From Verrucomicrobiaceae bacterium (lineage in GTDB: Bacteria > Verrucomicrobiota > Verrucomicrobiia > Verrucomicrobiales > Verrucomicrobiaceae), in NCBI GenBank assembly GCA_016713035.1, contig JADJPW010000004.1:467578-531577 (forward strand): DNA of 64,000 nucleotides, written 5' to 3'. Below, in pieces: positions 31,478 to 42,067 of the stretch. A model generated the notes under the pieces. That model did no database searches and was not told the origin of the DNA. It was given only the letters and a program-made list of their open reading frames with translations. Position numbers and translations under genes: made by a program. Numbering within the stretch: position 1 is the first letter of the stretch; each line of letters begins with the position of its first letter.

Positions 31478-34051
31478 TCTCAACACCACCGCCAAAATCC
31501 CGCTCGCGTGCTCCCAGCGGCGGATGACGGTGTCGATCAAGAACAGCAGCAATGCCGCGAGCACCAAGTCCGGCCACAGCTCGATGTGCTGCATGGCTTT
31601 GGTCGTCTCCAAGTTCGGCAAAGCGGCGTTTTCGGCCAAAAACTCGCCACCGGTGAGATTTGCGGCTTCGCGGAGCAGTGTTTCGTTCACGGTGCCGAGG
31701 CTGGCTTCGCTGCTCGGATTGTGCACGAGACCGGCGCTGACCATTTCGGCACCGCTGCGGGCGCGGATGAGATACACGCCGGCTTCATCTGGCTGGAAGT
31801 GGCCGCTGTATTCGCCGGGGGCGGTTTGGGTGAGCGTGAGCTGCTGCGTGGGCTTCATCGGCGCACCGAGGGCATCGGCGACGATGTGGAAGACCTCGGC
31901 GGTGACAGCGGCGTTGTTCGCACGGGTGCCCGCATCGCTCAAAAGATCGACGGTGATCTTCGCGTCATCGCCTTGCATCGTTGTGGCGAGATCCATGAAG
32001 CGACCCTGCGGCGGGCGAGCCGTTTCACGCAGGATTTGTGACCAAAAACGGCTGTAACCCGGCCAGCGGGCGATCCACAGCGAAGCCCAGCGGCTTTTCG
32101 CATCGGAGGTGAACGCGGTGACATTGCCGAGGCCGAATCGCCAATGCGCCAGCAGCGGATCACCGGTGTCGGTGAGCAGTGGCGACTGCGCGGCGGCTTT
32201 ACGCGTGGTTTTGACGTAGCCGAGCAAATCCGGGCTGTCCCATTTTTCGAAGCCCGCGAGCATCGGATGTTTTTCGACGAGTTGAGGCGTGAAGGGCTCC
32301 TCGCGGATCATGCGGCCGGTGTGCATGAGCGTGTCCTGCGTGAAGATGCGCGTGATCGTGCTCGCATCGGTCGTCGAGTAGCTTTGACCTCCACCCGCGC
32401 TCGCGATGGCATGCAGCAGCGCAACGTGGGAACCCTCGCCAATCGCCACGGTGGAGATGGTGATGCCTTCACCACGGCATTGCGACGCAAAGGCTTCATA
32501 ACCACCGCCCGCCGTCTGGCCATCGGTGAGCACGATCATGTGCTTCACGCGGGCTTTGACGCGCAAAAGAGCCTCGCGAGCCAGTTTGAAGGCTGGTTCG
32601 AGGTTCGTGCCGCCACCGCTCGCCACGGCGGCGATCTGGCCGGTGACCGCGGCGGTGGAGGTGAGCCGCGTCATCGGCGCGACGACGTGTGCTTCACTGT
32701 CAAAGGCCCACACGCCGATGCTGTCGTTGCGACCCAAAACCTCGGCGGTGGCGATAGCGGCGCTTTTCGCCATTTCGAGCTTCTCACCAGCCATCGAGCC
32801 GCTGCGGTCCATCACGATGGCCACGGCCGCGCTTTGCTTTTCCTCTTCATCCGGCGCTTTGAGCCTCACAGGCAGCGTTTCTTCGATCGGTGTGCGATAG
32901 TAGCCACCCGTGCCGAAAGATCCCGGCCCTCCGAGCATGAGCAAGCCGCCGCCAAGCTTGTCGATGTAATCACGCAGCATGTTCATGAGCGGCTCACCAA
33001 GCTGATGCGCGGGCACATCGCTCAAAATGACCCCGTCGTAGCCCGCGAGCTGGTCGAGGCTGAAAGCCAGATTGCCCGGCTGTCGCAAATCGAGCTCCAC
33101 GCCCTCTTTTTCCATCGCCTGCGTGAGGTAGCGAGCCTCCGCCGCATCGCTCTCGATGTAGAGCATGCGCAACCGCCCACGCACATCGACGATAGCGAGC
33201 GAGCTGTTGTTCCCTGGCAAGGTATCGCCGCTGATGCCGTCCAAAGCGGCGCGATAATGGTAAATGCTCCGCGTTGCTGGAGTGCGTTGAAACGTGAGCA
33301 CACTCGGCGTACCCGGCTTGAGCTGCACAGGCCGTTTTTCCACCTCGATGCCGTTTTCAAAGAGTCGCAGCACGCCGCTCGCTTCAATGGTGCTCTCGAC
33401 CGTGGCCGTGAGCTGCAAACTCGCGCCTTCAAACAACCGCGAGCGATTCGAAATGAGCGACCGCACCCGCGCATCCGGTTTCTTCGGTCCCGCGATGGGC
33501 AGTGCATGCACTTTGATGCCGCTCACCGCCGCCTCGCGTGCTGCGGCGAGCAAATCGCCGCGTGTCTCGTGTCCATCGCCGATGATCAATACATTGCGGC
33601 TCGTTCCCGGCGGAAACATCGCCTCCGCATACTCCAGCGCCGCCGCGTAATGGCTGTCGCCACCGTTTTTCACCTGCCAATTCTGCGTTTCGGCCTCCGT
33701 GGCCTTTTCCGGCAGCAGATCCGGCTTCGCACCAAGCTGCACGATGAAGCTATCGATCCCGCCCGCTTCGCCTTGAAGCCGCCGCGCCTGCTCCATCGCC
33801 TTCTTCGCCCCTTCCTCGCCCATGCTTTGCGACGCATCCACCACGATGCCCAGCGCCTTCCGCCCCGTCTGCGAAACCCGCGCCGGTCCCGCCAGCGCCG
33901 CGATGATCAGCATCACGATCACCGCCCGCACCACCAGCAGCAGTCTCTTCCGCAACCCCGTCATCGGATGCGAAGACGCGGATTCGATCCACAACAGCGC
34001 CGCGAGCGCCGGGAGGATCAAAAGCAGAAGTTTGGGTGATTCCCAGTCCAC
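31472..34051 (-). CDS. VWA domain / glutamine-amidotransferase-like membrane protein (BatA-type N-terminus)
   Basis: Two MIDAS motifs DASQS and DRSGS, GGGTN, LTDG; GTG start; C-terminal TM. Confidence 0.85.
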   Translation of the reverse strand: MDWESPKLLLLILPALAALLWIESASSHPMTGLRKRLLLVVRAVIVMLIIAALAGPARVSQTGRKALGIVVDASQSMGEEGAKKAMEQARRLQGEAGGIDSFIVQLGAKPDLLPEKATEAETQNWQVKNGGDSHYAAALEYAEAMFPPGTSRNVLIIGDGHETRGDLLAAAREAAVSGIKVHALPIAGPKKPDARVRSLISNRSRLFEGASLQLTATVESTIEASGVLRLFENGIEVEKRPVQLKPGTPSVLTFQRTPATRSIYHYRAALDGISGDTLPGNNSSLAIVDVRGRLRMLYIESDAAEARYLTQAMEKEGVELDLRQPGNLAFSLDQLAGYDGVILSDVPAHQLGEPLMNMLRDYIDKLGGGLLMLGGPGSFGTGGYYRTPIEETLPVRLKAPDEEEKQSAAVAIVMDRSGSMAGEKLEMAKSAAIATAEVLGRNDSIGVWAFDSEAHVVAPMTRLTSTAAVTGQIAAVASGGGTNLEPAFKLAREALLRVKARVKHMIVLTDGQTAGGGYEAFASQCRGEGITISTVAIGEGSHVALLHAIASAGGGQSYSTTDASTITRIFTQDTLMHTGRMIREEPFTPQLVEKHPMLAGFEKWDSPDLLGYVKTTRKAAAQSPLLTDTGDPLLAHWRFGLGNVTAFTSDAKSRWASLWIARWPGYSRFWSQILRETARPPQGRFMDLATTMQGDDAKITVDLLSDAGTRANNAAVTAEVFHIVADALGAPMKPTQQLTLTQTAPGEYSGHFQPDEAGVYLIRARSGAEMVSAGLVHNPSSEASLGTVNETLLREAANLTGGEFLAENAALPNLETTKAMQHIELWPDLVLAALLLFLIDTVIRRWEHASGILAVVLRK

Positions 34052-34058
34052 GAGGTCA

Positions 34059-34089
34059 GTTCAAGGTTCCAAGTTTAAGGTTTCAGGTT
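34059..34089. repeat. Degenerate heptamer tandem repeat
   Basis: gttcaag-gttccaa-gtttaag-gtttcag between the AlbA gene and the VWA gene. Confidence 0.6.
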
Positions 34090-35665
34090 GCTGGGCCGAT
34101 GCTGAGCCAGCCAGGCGCGGCCTTTGTCCGTGAGGCGATATTTTTGCAGGCGGCTGTTGGGTTTGTCGGGGCGAGTCATTTCGATGAGGCCGCTGGAGAG
34201 GGCGGGTTTTAGGTGTCGTTCCTCGAAGTTAGTCCGGCTGCTCAGTTCCAAAGCAGTCTGGAGCTGAAGTCGGCTCATCGTATCAATAAGTGATAGGACC
34301 AGCTTCTCCACTTCCGGCGTGACTTGCCCTGTGACTTGCCCTGTGACTTGCCCTGTGACTTGCCCTGTGACTTGTACGGTCACTGGGTCGCTTTCCTCCA
34401 GCAGCAAATGCGCCGCCTCGGGATGCACGGGGAGGCGGATCATGAAAGAGAGGCGGCTTTCGTCGCTCTCAATGAGGGCGGGCGGGGAGCCGTTGCGCTG
34501 CATGGCGCGGAGGATTTTCGGGATGCCGGTGGCGCGGCCTTCGGTGAGGTCGAGTTCCTTTAAAAACTCGCCCACGCGTCGGTTCCTGTAGCGACGGGAC
34601 ACGGCGCGGCCTTGGCGCAGATCGTCGAGGCTGATGCTGCGGTCCGGGCCGGGGAAACTCAGCACGATGAGCTCATGCGGCGTGATGCGCACCTCCACCG
34701 GCTCGCGTTCCTCGTAGCTGCGATGGTAGATGGCGTTCACCACCGCCTCCTCGACGGCGGGATACGGGAAATTTTCCACACGAGTGGCCTCGGCGCGGTC
34801 TGCGTGCTTGATGACGATTTCTTTGAGGTAATTCCGCCGGATGTAGTCCAGCGCCTCCCGCAGCATGCGAGCGAGCGGGCCACGGAAGGTCTTTTCCTCA
34901 AAGCGATCTCCGCCCGTGTCATCCGGGAACCACACCACATCGATCTGCGTCTGCGGAAAGAAGCGCCACGGCTCCGGGTGGAAAAAAAGCAGGCCTGCAT
35001 TTCGCGGCGCGAGGGTTTCGCCCGCGCCATCCGCGAGGTTCATCTGCTGCGCCAGCTTCTCCATCGGCATGTCCGCCGCCGGTCCAGCGAGATCGCTCTC
35101 CACCTCCTGAAGAAACTGCACGATCAGCTCCCGCGAGAGCTCCGTGACCTTCGCGGAGGGCATCGTGCGATCATCAAAGGGCACCTTCGCGGCGAGCGAG
35201 AGCAGCTCCTGCTCGTCCGCACCGCGAGCCTGCACGGTGGAGGAGCCGTGGCGGATGAACCAGGCCCATTCCTTCGCGTCTTTGCCGAGCGAGGTGCGGG
35301 CTTTGTAAGGCCGCGCCTGTCCGCCGGGTGCCCACACGGCGAGGATGAGCCTGCCCCTGCACCGTCGTCGGCACGGCCAGAGGATGATACGAGGGCTGGA
35401 TCGCGGAGCGGCCGAGTTCGAGCAGCTTCTTTTGGATCGCATCCACCTGCGCGGCCTCTAGGCCCTTCGGCGGCAAAACGGGACGCCCATCCTTTTCCTC
35501 CACTCCAAAGACGAGGTAACCACCTCCCCAGTTATGAAAATCATTCGCGAAGGCGCAGATGGTGCGCAGCGCCGCCTCGGGGTTCCAGCCTTCCTTGAAC
35601 TCCAGACGCTCCCACTCGACCACGCGGCCGGTAAAGAGGTCTTGGATGTCGATGGGCAGGGGCAT
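34075..35665 (-). CDS. AlbA_2 (Schlafen-like) + HATPase_c_4 (RecG C-terminal-like) + wHTH protein, with an apparent frameshift near 35345
   Basis: N-terminal EWERLEFKE...[18 protein letters not shown]; [13 protein letters not shown]; [24 protein letters not shown]; C-terminal [17 protein letters not shown]. Confidence 0.85.
34319..34378. repeat. 12-bp tandem repeat encoding VTGQ
   Basis: gtgacttgccct x4 plus one degenerate unit, in the linker before the HTH. Confidence 0.95.
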
Positions 35666-35872
35666 CGGGGAGTGATGAGTGATGGATTGGGCGTGGCAGG
35701 CTGGATAACTGCTCGATGCTTTCGGCGGCGGAGCGGGGATTTCAATTACCGGAAAGGCTGAAAGTGTTTCAGGCGCAGTGTGGCTGAGAAGGTCTGCCCT
35801 CCATGCTGCGAGTGGGCGGGCGATGAACTTTGCGTGGATATTCCATACGACTCGCCTAAGACTCCGCGCTTC

Positions 35873-37311
35873 ATGCGAGCCCCTGCCCTCATATCCTCTG
35901 CTGATGATGCTGTCGCGGCCATCCCATCTGGTAAGACGGTGGCGGTGGGCGGCTTTGTCGGTGCAGGGCACCCTGAAATGCTCACGGCGGCCCTGGAGCG
36001 GCGCTTTTTAAAAACGGGCACGCCAAATGATCTGACGCTGTTTTACTGCGCTGGCCAGGGGGATAAGCTGGAGCGTGGGCTGAATCATCTGGCGCATGCA
36101 GGCTTGCTCAAGCGCATCGTCGGTGGACACTGGAATCTCGCTCCTAAGCTGGGTGCGCTGGCTTTAGCGAATGAAGTGGAGGCCTACAATCTGCCGCAAG
36201 GAGTCATGAGCGTGCTGACGCGTGAGATCGCGGCAAAGCGGCCCGGTTTGTTCACTCAGGTGGGGCTGAATACCTTCATCGACCCCATCCATACAGGCGG
36301 GCGGCTCAATGCACGGACGACGGAGCCACTGGTCGAGCGTGTGGAGCTAGATGGCCAGACGTGGCTGCGGTACAAGTCGATCCCGATCCATGTCGGACTG
36401 ATCCGGGCGACGTATGCGGACCGGCGCGGGAATCTGAGTATGGCCAATGAGGCGCTGATCAGTGAGGTCCTACCAATCGCACAGGCGGCAAAGAATCACG
36501 GCGGGATCGTGATCGCGCAGGTGGAGAGCGTGGTGGATGCGCTGCCAGATCCGAAATCGGTGCGTGTGCCAGGCATCCTGGTGGACTACATCGTGCCGAG
36601 TGGTGGAGTGCAGCATGATCAGACTTTCGCGACGGTGTTCAATGCGGACTTCGTGACCTCGAACGCGGCTTTTGATCTGCCGCCGATGAGTGATAGTGAC
36701 CGCAAGCGCATCGGCACACGGGCACTGCGCGAGATCAAACGAGGCCATGTGGTGAATCTCGGTATCGGCCTGCCCGAAACGGTCGCTGCCGTGGCGGCGG
36801 AAACGGGGCGACTGAGTGAATTCACGCTCACCGTCGAGAGCGGCCCGAGCGGTGGCGTGCCGGCAGGCGGGCTGGATTTCGGGTGCAGCCACTTCCCAGA
36901 GGCGGTGACGGATCAGCCATCGCAATTTGACTTTTACGACGGTGGCGGGCTCGACATCGCGGTGCTAGGCGCAGTGGAGATCGACGCAGAGGGTAGTGTG
37001 AATGTGGCGAGCTTTGCAGGCCGGTTCTCCGGTGTAGGCGGCTTCGTGAATATCAGCCACGCTGCACGAAAGGTCGTGTTTTGCTGCACCTTTCTGGCCA
37101 AGGGAATGCCAAGTTCGTGCGCAGCACGCAGCATGTGTGCTTTCACGGGCCATCCGCCATCGCACGCGGACAGCAGGTGCTGTATGTGACGGAGCGTGCG
37201 GTCTTTGAGCTGACGACGCAGGGGCTGCGATTGGTCGAGGTGACGCCTGGATTCGATTTGCAGCGTGATGTGCTCGACCAGATGGAATTCCGCCCGCTGT
37301 TGATGGAGTGA
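35873..37311 (+). CDS. Acyl-CoA:acetate/3-ketoacid CoA transferase (YdiF/Pct type), frameshift near 37105
   Basis: [27 protein letters not shown] catalytic Glu, DFYDGGGLD and GVGGFVNIS. Confidence 0.9.
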
Positions 37312-37374
37312 ATCACTTACTTTGCCATCCACTGGATGGCGGGCCATGATGTCCTTCTAGCCCCCCATATCTTT

Positions 37375-38489
37375 ATGAGACCTGTATTCATCTACGACGC
37401 AAAGCGCACGGCCATTGGCAAATTCGGTGGGGCATTGAAAGACCTGCACGCAGCAGATCTGGCCACCGAGCTGGCAATGAGCATGCACATCGACGCGAAA
37501 ATCGACCAAGTCATCCTCGGTCAGGTGTTGCAAGCGGGCTGCGGCATGAATGTGGCACGCCAAGTGAGTCTGAAGCTGGGTTTGCCGCAGGAGGTGCCTG
37601 CGTATACACGATCAACATGGCTTGCGGCTCATCCCTGAAAGCTGTGGGTCTAGGCGCAGCAGCGGTGGCCAGCGGTGAAAGTGACTTCATTCTGGCTGGC
37701 GGCGTGGAGTTGATGAGCCGCGCTCCGCACTATGCAATGGATCAGCGCTGGGGGCGGAAGCTCGGTGATGCGGCGCTGAAGGATGCACTCTTTGTCGATG
37801 GACTGAGTGACCCGCTGCTGCACATCGGCATGGGCGAGACGGCGGAGCGTATCGCGGACAAGCTCGGCATCACAAGGACAGAGCAGGATGCGTTCGCCGC
37901 ACGCAGTCAGCTGCGAGTGAGTGAGGCGGATTTCAGCCGCGAGATCATCCCTGTGGCCGGTTTGAGCCGTGATGAGCACCCGCGTGCCGATACGACCGCC
38001 GAATCGCTCGCGAAGCTCAAGGCCGCCTTCCGCAAAGACGGCACCGTGACGGCCGGAAATGCCTCTGGGATCAATGATGGGGCCGCATGGGTCGTTTTGG
38101 GGCCAGAATCAGCCTCCATGACTCCACGGGCGAAAATCGTCGCGACAGCGGCTGTGGGCTGTGATCCGGCTTTGATGGGTTTGGGGCCCGTGGGAGCTAT
38201 TTCGGCCGTTTTGGCAAAAACAGGCTGGCGGCTCGATGAGGTCGATGCTGTGGAAATCAATGAAGCCTTCGCTGTGCAGACGCTGGGCTGCGCCAAGGAG
38301 CTGAGACTCGATGTAGAGCGGCTCAATCAGCGCGGTGGTGCCATCGCACTAGGCCACCCCATCGGCGCTAGTGGTGCGCGGGTGCTGGTGACGCTGCTAC
38401 ACCTGATGGAGGACGCAGGCTATCAGCGTGGCATTGCTAGTCTGTGCATCGGCGGTGGCATGGGCATCGCGATGGCGGTGGAGCGCTGA
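37375..38489 (+). CDS. Acetyl-CoA C-acyltransferase (thiolase), frameshift near 37610
   Basis: INMACGSSLKA (Cys), GNASGINDGA, NEAFA, GHPIGASG and LCIGGGMG. Confidence 0.92.
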
Positions 38490-38490
38490 G

Positions 38491-39774
38491 TCAGTCTTGC
38501 TCCAGTGACTTGCGATTCGTTTCTTCGGCGAAAAACACCGAAAGGATCGAGACTGCGGCCATGCCGATGAGGTATAGCGCTACCGGCCATGGCTTCCCGC
38601 CCGATTGTGCCAGCAGCGCCGTGGCGATGAGTGGCGCGAGCCCGCCCGCCATCGGTGAGGCGAGCTGATAACCGAGTGATGCACCGCTGTATCGCACCCG
38701 CGTGCCGAAGAGCTCACTGAAAAACGCCGCCTGCGGTCCATACAACGCACTGTGAATGATGAGCCCACTCGTCACTGCAACAGCAAGCGCAGCGGTAGAA
38801 CGCGTGTCGATGAGCCAAAAGAAGGGAAAGGCAAAAGCGATGATCAAAACAGCCCCGCCGATGTACACGGGCCGCCGACCGATGCGATCCGATAGCCAAC
38901 CGAAGAACGGAATAGCGAAAAACTGCACCGCAGAGCCGATGAGCACCGCCTGGAGCACTTGATCCTTCGAGAAGCCTGCCTGCTGCGTGGCATAGGTGAG
39001 GACAAAGGCCGTGACGATGTAAAAGAAGGCATTCTCACCAAAGCGTGCCCCCATCGCCAGCAGCACATTGCGCGGATAGCGGCGGATGACCTCCAGGATC
39101 GGCATTTCCGTCGTAGCATTGGCTTTTTTGGCCTCTGTGAAGACCGGGCTCTCCAGAATGCGCAGGCGGATAAACATGCCGACGCCGAGGAGCAAAATGC
39201 CGATCAAGAATGGGATACGCCACCCCCAAGCGAGGAAGGACTCCTCCGGGATGACCGATGAAAGCGTGCGAAACACACCCGTCGCGATGAGCAATCCGAT
39301 AGGCACCCCAGCCTGCACCCAGCTAGCTAAAAAACCACGCTGCCCAGCCTTCCCATGCTCCACGGCCATCAATACCGCGCCACCCCACTCACCACCGACA
39401 CCTAGCCCTTGAATAAAGCGCAGCGCCACCAGCAGCACTGGGGCGAGGATGCCTGCCTGATCATATGTGGGCAGCAGCCCGATGGCGAAGGTCGCAAGCC
39501 CCATCATCATGAGCGTGGTGACGAGCATCGACTTGCGCCCTAGCTTGTCCCCGTAGTGACCGAAAACGATGCCTCCGAGCGGCCGAGCGAAGAATCCGAC
39601 CGCATTCGTGGCAAAGGAAGCCATCGTCGCTGCCAGTGGGTCCATCTGCGTGAAAAACAGCTTTCCGAACACCAACGCGGACGCCGTGACATAAAGAAAG
39701 AAGTCATACCACTCGATGGTGGTGCCGATGAAGCTCGCCAGCACAACGCGGCGCGTGGAGGTAGCCGCACTCAC
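38491..39774 (-). CDS. MFS metabolite:H+ symporter (ShiA/MHS family)
   Basis: GTTIEWYDFFLY, FGHYGDKLGRK and QGLGVGGEWGGAVL. Confidence 0.92.
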   Translation of the reverse strand: MSAATSTRRVVLASFIGTTIEWYDFFLYVTASALVFGKLFFTQMDPLAATMASFATNAVGFFARPLGGIVFGHYGDKLGRKSMLVTTLMMMGLATFAIGLLPTYDQAGILAPVLLVALRFIQGLGVGGEWGGAVLMAVEHGKAGQRGFLASWVQAGVPIGLLIATGVFRTLSSVIPEESFLAWGWRIPFLIGILLLGVGMFIRLRILESPVFTEAKKANATTEMPILEVIRRYPRNVLLAMGARFGENAFFYIVTAFVLTYATQQAGFSKDQVLQAVLIGSAVQFFAIPFFGWLSDRIGRRPVYIGGAVLIIAFAFPFFWLIDTRSTAALAVAVTSGLIIHSALYGPQAAFFSELFGTRVRYSGASLGYQLASPMAGGLAPLIATALLAQSGGKPWPVALYLIGMAAVSILSVFFAEETNRKSLEQD

Positions 39775-40370
39775 TGGAAACGCGTGCGAAAAGTCTGCTC
39801 AGGTTTCATGGCCAGAAATTTCTCCCTCAGCTCGGGGTGCGCTTTGAGGTGCTTATCGAGCTCTGGACAATTCGTCTCAAAGTGGAGGAGCTTCTTGTCG
39901 TCGGCAAACACCGCCGCGATGTAGTATTTGTACACCTGTCCGCCGACGTTCGTGGCATCACGATCGGAGTCGTAGCGTGACTCCAGCGGGGCGAATTCAA
40001 AATTCCGCCGCACGCCTTTCGGCACAGCGGGGATTTCCAGACTTTCATTTGTAGCCACGGTGAGCAGCTCGTCACCGCGCCTGTATTTGGACTCTGTTTC
40101 CATCGTGATGAGCAGAAAAGTGGCTGACATGGCCGCAATCGGCTGCGTGGATGCACTCTCGACTACGACCTCTGGCGTCATCGTCATGATTTTCATGAAG
40201 CTTGATCCTTGGACCGGCTTATTGCGCTTCCCCACTTTGATCTGAAGGCGAAGTGAAGGATATTTTTTGGCGATCTCTGCCTGGGCGGCCTTGTCTGGCT
40301 GCTGTGCCTCGATGCCTGAGAATGCACCGAGAATACCGAACAGAATAAACGGGAGGAATTTATTTTTCAT
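39771..40370 (-). CDS. Secreted hypothetical protein
   Basis: Signal peptide; intact 199-aa ORF. Confidence 0.65.
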   Translation of the reverse strand: MKNKFLPFILFGILGAFSGIEAQQPDKAAQAEIAKKYPSLRLQIKVGKRNKPVQGSSFMKIMTMTPEVVVESASTQPIAAMSATFLLITMETESKYRRGDELLTVATNESLEIPAVPKGVRRNFEFAPLESRYDSDRDATNVGGQVYKYYIAAVFADDKKLLHFETNCPELDKHLKAHPELREKFLAMKPEQTFRTRFQ

Positions 40371-40435
40371 GATGGTCTCCTATTGAATCATGTCCGCCAC
40401 ACTTGAGTCAAGACCTGATCCGCAGGCCGTGTAGT

Positions 40436-42007
40436 TTACTGCGCCGCGATGTTTGCTCGGCCGCCACGCAGGACATACTTCTGGATTTTGCCGGTGGCGG
40501 TTTTGGGGAGCTCGGTGATGAAGTCGAAGCCATGCGGCACTTTGAAGTGCGCTAAATGATCCCGACAGAACAGGCGCAGCTCTGCCTCGGTCGTCGTCGC
40601 ACCTGGTTTCAGCACGACGAAGGCCTGCGGCGTTTCGCCCCACTTTTTATGCGGCAGGCCGACGACAGCGACTTCTTGAATCGCTGGATGCCGGAGCAGC
40701 GTGCCCTCGATCTCGACGGAAGAGATATTTTCCCCACCGCTGATGATGATGTCCTTCCAGCGGTCGCGGATCTCGATGTAGCCATCCGCATGCACCACAG
40801 CAGCATCACCACTATAAAACCATCCATCGCGGATGGCCTTCGCGGTAGCTGCCAGATCGTTGTAGTAGCCTGCCATCACCGCATTCCCACGGATGATGAT
40901 CTCGCCGAGCGTGCAGCCGTCCTTCGGCACTTCGCAGCCTTCGTCATCGACGACGCGGACTTCCGCATTGCCGAGATACTCCACGCCCTGGCGTGATTTC
41001 ACGCGGGCACGGGCTGTGGGGTCCAGCGTTTCATGCTCTGGCCGTGGCTCACTGATCGTGACGATGGGTGAGACCTCTGTGAGGCCATACACATGGATAA
41101 TCTCCCAGCCTAGCTCGCCTTCGATGCGCTCAATGGTGGCCGCAGCGGGTGGCGCACCTGCGGTGAAAACACGCACACCCCTCGGAGCAGTGCGTCGCAA
41201 CTCCTCCGGCGCATTGGCGATGCTGATGAGAATCGTGGGGGCCGCACAGAGCAGTGTGATCCCTTCTCGGGCGATGGTTTCAAAGATCGCCTTCGGGTCG
41301 GCTTTGCGCAGGCAGATGTGCTTGGCACCCACGGCCGTGATCGTCCAGGTGAAGCACCATCCATTGGCGTGAAACATCGGCAACACCCAGAGGTAGCGAT
41401 CCGCGCTGGTGATCTGCGTGTGCATGAGATGACCCATGATGTTGAGTGCGGTATTTCGGTGCGTGACCATCACGCCTTTCGGATTCGCCGTGGTGCCGCT
41501 GGTGTAGTTGAGCGAGATCATGTCCGTCTCGGCGATGGCTGCGATTTCAAAGACCGGTGAAGCAGCAGCGATCAGCGCCTCGTAGTCTAGCCACCCAGCT
41601 TTCTCGCCCTCCAGCGCCACAAAGTGCTCTACACTGGGCACCTCGGCTCGAATGCGATCCACCGCATCCAGGTAGTCCGCATGGGCGCAGACCACCCGCG
41701 CACCGCTGTGCTTGAGGATGAAGGCGAAATCGTGTGCGGTGAGCCGGAAATTGATCGGCACTGTCACGGCGCCGATTTGCGGCACAGCGTAGTAGCCCTC
41801 CAAATGCGAGTGCGTGTTGGGCGAGATCAGCGCCACGCGGTCACCCTGCCGCACGCCCAGTGATTGCAGCGCAGCAGACCAGCGGTCACAGCGCTCAAAG
41901 AACTGCTCGTAGGTCAGGCGCAGCGCACCATCGACGAGAGCTTCGCGGTCCGGGTAAAGACGCCGCGCACGGCGAGCAAAATCGAGGGGAGAAAGGGGTA
42001 TTTCCAT
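40436..42007 (-). CDS. Acyl-CoA synthetase / long-chain-fatty-acid--CoA ligase
   Basis: YTSGTTANPKG, YGLTE, SGD..V, IISGGENISS and PKTATGK. Confidence 0.93.
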   Translation of the reverse strand: MEIPLSPLDFARRARRLYPDREALVDGALRLTYEQFFERCDRWSAALQSLGVRQGDRVALISPNTHSHLEGYYAVPQIGAVTVPINFRLTAHDFAFILKHSGARVVCAHADYLDAVDRIRAEVPSVEHFVALEGEKAGWLDYEALIAAASPVFEIAAIAETDMISLNYTSGTTANPKGVMVTHRNTALNIMGHLMHTQITSADRYLWVLPMFHANGWCFTWTITAVGAKHICLRKADPKAIFETIAREGITLLCAAPTILISIANAPEELRRTAPRGVRVFTAGAPPAAATIERIEGELGWEIIHVYGLTEVSPIVTISEPRPEHETLDPTARARVKSRQGVEYLGNAEVRVVDDEGCEVPKDGCTLGEIIIRGNAVMAGYYNDLAATAKAIRDGWFYSGDAAVVHADGYIEIRDRWKDIIISGGENISSVEIEGTLLRHPAIQEVAVVGLPHKKWGETPQAFVVLKPGATTTEAELRLFCRDHLAHFKVPHGFDFITELPKTATGKIQKYVLRGGRANIAAQ

Positions 42008-42067
42008 GCGGTGGTTCCAAAGAACGCGGCTGAAACCCTGCTCCCATCGTCGTTTGGTGGGAAAGCC

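Noticed and set aside
32144-34039. 631-aa plus-strand ORF; likewise 8297..10162, 58821..59891 and 47799..48758
   Set aside because: Shadow ORFs opposite well-supported genes, expected at this GC content.
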